This document shows, piece after piece, positions 61,302 through 64,000 of a stretch of 64,000 bases of DNA. The notes beneath the pieces are model-generated. The model searched no databases and was not told the origin of the DNA. It was given only the letters and a program-made list of their open reading frames with translations. A program made the position numbers and the translations under genes. The stretch's first letter is position 1. Each line of letters begins with the position of its first letter. The stretch lies in NCBI RefSeq assembly GCF_006345805.1, contig NC_043012.1:42656001-42720000 (forward strand). Reading direction: 5' to 3'. Source of the stretch: Octopus sinensis (taxonomy: Eukaryota).

Positions 61302-63203
61302 GACATGGAGAAAGCTTTTGATAGGGTCCCCCGATCCCTTATCTGGTGGTCACTGAGGAAACTGGGGATAGATGAATGGCTGGTGAGGACTGTGCAAGCC
61401 ATGTACAGAGATGCCGTAAGTAAGGTTAGGGTTGGCAACATGTACACAGAAGAATTCAAAGTAGAGGTTGGGGTCCACCAGGGTTCAGTATTCAGCCCCC
61501 TCCTATTTATCATAGTCCTCCAGGCAATAACGGAGGAATTCAAGACAGGTTGTCCCTGGGAGCTCCTCTACGCTGACGACCTTGCTCTTATTGCTGAGTC
61601 ACTATCAGCTGGAGGAGAAGTTCCAGGTGTGGAAGGAGGGTTTAGAATCGAGGGGCCTTAGAGTCAACCTAGCTAAAACCAAGTACTAATAAGTAGAAGG
61701 TAGACAATCCACAAATGTCTTCAGGAAGATGGCCCTGCTCGGTCTGTAGAAAAGGTGTAGGTAGAAACTCTATAAGATGTACCCAGTGTAAGCTATGGAC
61801 ACATAAGAGGTGCAGCAATGTCAAAGGTAGGCTAACTGGGAAGATAGTTTTTGTATGTGGCAAATGCTCTGGAGCATTAACCTCCGAAAATCTGCAGAAA
61901 ATAACTTCCGTCACTTTCCAGGGGAAAAAACTAGAAGTAGTTGATAGCTTCCGTTATCTGGTGACCAAGTCAGTAGTGGGGGTGGGTGCGCTGAAAGTGT
62001 AACTGCTAGAATAAGAATAGCCTGGGCAAAGTTTAGGAGCTCTTACCTCTGCTGGTGACTAAAGGCCTCTCGCTCAGAGTAAAAGGCAGACTGTATGATG
62101 CGTGTGTACGAACAGCCATGCTACATGGCAGTGAAACATGGGCCGTGACTGCCGAGGACATGCGTAAGCTCGTGAGAATGAAGCCAGTATGCCTCCGATG
62201 GATGTGTAATGTCAGTGTACATACTCGACAGAGCGTTAGCACCTTGAGAGAAATGTCGTACCTAAGAGGCATCAGTTGTGGTGTGCAAGAGAGACGATTG
62301 CGCTGGTATGGTCATGTGGCGAGAATGGATGAAGATAGTGTGTGAGAAAGTGCCAATCCTTAGCAGTTGAGGGAACCCGTGGAAGAGGTAGACCAGGAAA
62401 ACCTGGGACGAGGTGGTGAAGCACGACCTTCGAACTTTAGGCCTCACTGAGGAAATGACCATCGACCGAGACCTTTGGAAATATTCTGTACGTGAGAAGA
62501 CCAGGCAGGACAAGTGAGCCCAGCCCACTTATGAATGCCTTTCCTCCCTTGGACACAAAGACCTGTTGAGGCAAGCGAAGTCGATATAGAACCTCATCCG
62601 ACGACAGGCACCCATGCCAACCCCCTTTGCTTGCGAAGACATGTTGGGGCAAGCGAAATCGAATTGAACCAGCCAGGATCCCTGGTCTGGTGGTACGTAA
62701 AAAGCACTATCCGACTCGTGGCCGATGCCTCCACTGGCTTCCGTGCCGGTGGCACGTAAAATACACCAATCTGACCGTACGACAGGCACCCATGCCAACC
62801 CCCTTGCTTGCGAAGACATGTTGGGGCAAGCGAAATCGAAATCGAATTGAACCAGCCAGGATCCCTGGTCTGGTGGTACGTAAAAAGCACTATCCGACTT
62901 GTGGCCGATGCCAGCACCCCCTCGTTTGGCTTCCGTGCAGGTGGCACATAAAATACACCAATCCCGACCGTGGCCGTTGCCAGCCTCGCCTGGCACCTGT
63001 GCAGGTGGCACGTAAAAAGCACCCACTACACTCACGGAGTGGTTGGCGTTAGGAAGGGCATCCAGCTGTAGAAACACTGCCAGATAAGACTGGAGCCTGG
63101 TGCAGCCTTCTGGCTTTCCAGATCCCCGGTCGAACCGTCCAACCCATGCTAGCATGGAGAACGGACGTTAAACGATGTTATGATGATGATGATGATGATG
63201 ATG
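61302..63203 (+). mobile_element. RTE LINE (PHD family), near-identical to 21280-23378 but with 1-nt indels
   Basis: Same RT, PHD and 3' UTR repeats. Confidence 0.93.
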
Positions 63204-63209
63204 ATATAT

Positions 63210-63262
<53 letters not shown>

Positions 63263-63275
63263 GTATATATATATA

Positions 63276-64000
63276 TGGAAGACAACTGGAGATTCCTACG
63301 GGACAATCTGCTGACAGCCACTGACCAGATGTGTGGATGGAGCAAAGTACCATCTCCACCCAGAGTAACATGGTGGTGGAACACTGTGGTTGACAGGGCT
63401 ATTAGACAAAAGAGACAGGCTTGGAAGGACTGGAAGAACGGTGGTAGCAGGAATTGTATCAGACAGCCAGAAGGGAAGCTAGGAGACAGGTTTATTTAGC
63501 CAGAGGGGAAGCGGATAAGAAAAATTTGCCAATGTTCTGCGCCGTGAGGATGAAAGACTTGAGGTATTTCGTGTTGCAAGACAGTGTGTGAGAGAGAATC
63601 GTGATGTGGTAGGAGAGAAGTGTGTTCGCATGGATGATGGTTCACTTGCGCTAAATGAGGATGCAAGAGAGAGGTTTGGAGATGCCACTATGAAAGGTTG
63701 CTGAATAAAGAAAATGAATGGGATAAGAGAGTCTGCCGAATGTTGACCCAACAGAGGGACCAGCTATCCAAGTTGATAGTTCTGTGGTAGCTAAGGCAAT
63801 TAGAAGCATGAAGACAGGGAAAGCCCCAGGCCCATCAGGAATTACTGCAGAGATGCTCAAAATATCTGGCAGTGTCGGCTATAACCTAGTCACCCGTATA
63901 GTCAACCAGGTGATACACGAAGGAGTCATACCCAATGACTGGTGTAGCAGCATACTAGTCAACTGCTACAAAGGTAAAGGTGATGCCCTAGATACAAATA
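63276..64000 (+). mobile_element. RTE LINE (PHD family) linker/RT start, runs off the window
   Basis: PRVTWWW, GKAPGPSGI; the last ~110 nt are nearly identical to 20962-21071. Confidence 0.9.

Overview
AT-rich animal genomic DNA, most consistent with an octopod cephalopod (inferred from the SINE/RTE content). The window has one 100-N gap (55407-55506). The only host gene is a SPRYD3 orthologue on the minus strand. Its three coding exons (48813-48956, 18992-19107, 3765-3852; 320 coding nt, GT-AG, compatible phases) are separated by 29.7-kb and 15.1-kb introns, and further exons lie outside the window or were not recognised. Almost everything else is nested transposon debris: Ty3/Gypsy (two families), RTE LINEs (a young PHD-finger family and a C2H2-tailed family), CR1 LINEs, Penelope-like (PLE) GIY-YIG remnants, Tc1/mariner (mariner, maT-like, DD36E), Helitron, a Chapaev-like fragment, MITEs, tRNA-SINEs and long (TA)n tracts. 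The most notable signal is a set of nine type-I minimal hammerhead ribozyme (HHR) motifs or remnants in four families. One family is a tRNA-headed (Pol III A/B box) SINE-like element carrying an HHR. It inserts as a head-to-head inverted unit with a 12-bp TSD, and one copy lies 30 bp after a PLE GIY-YIG stop codon, making it a candidate Penelope-mobilised ribozyme SINE. Also notable: a circularly permuted Gypsy element with a single LTR (candidate integrated 1-LTR circle), several templated-insertion scars, and a DD36E (Incomer-type) Tc1 element.
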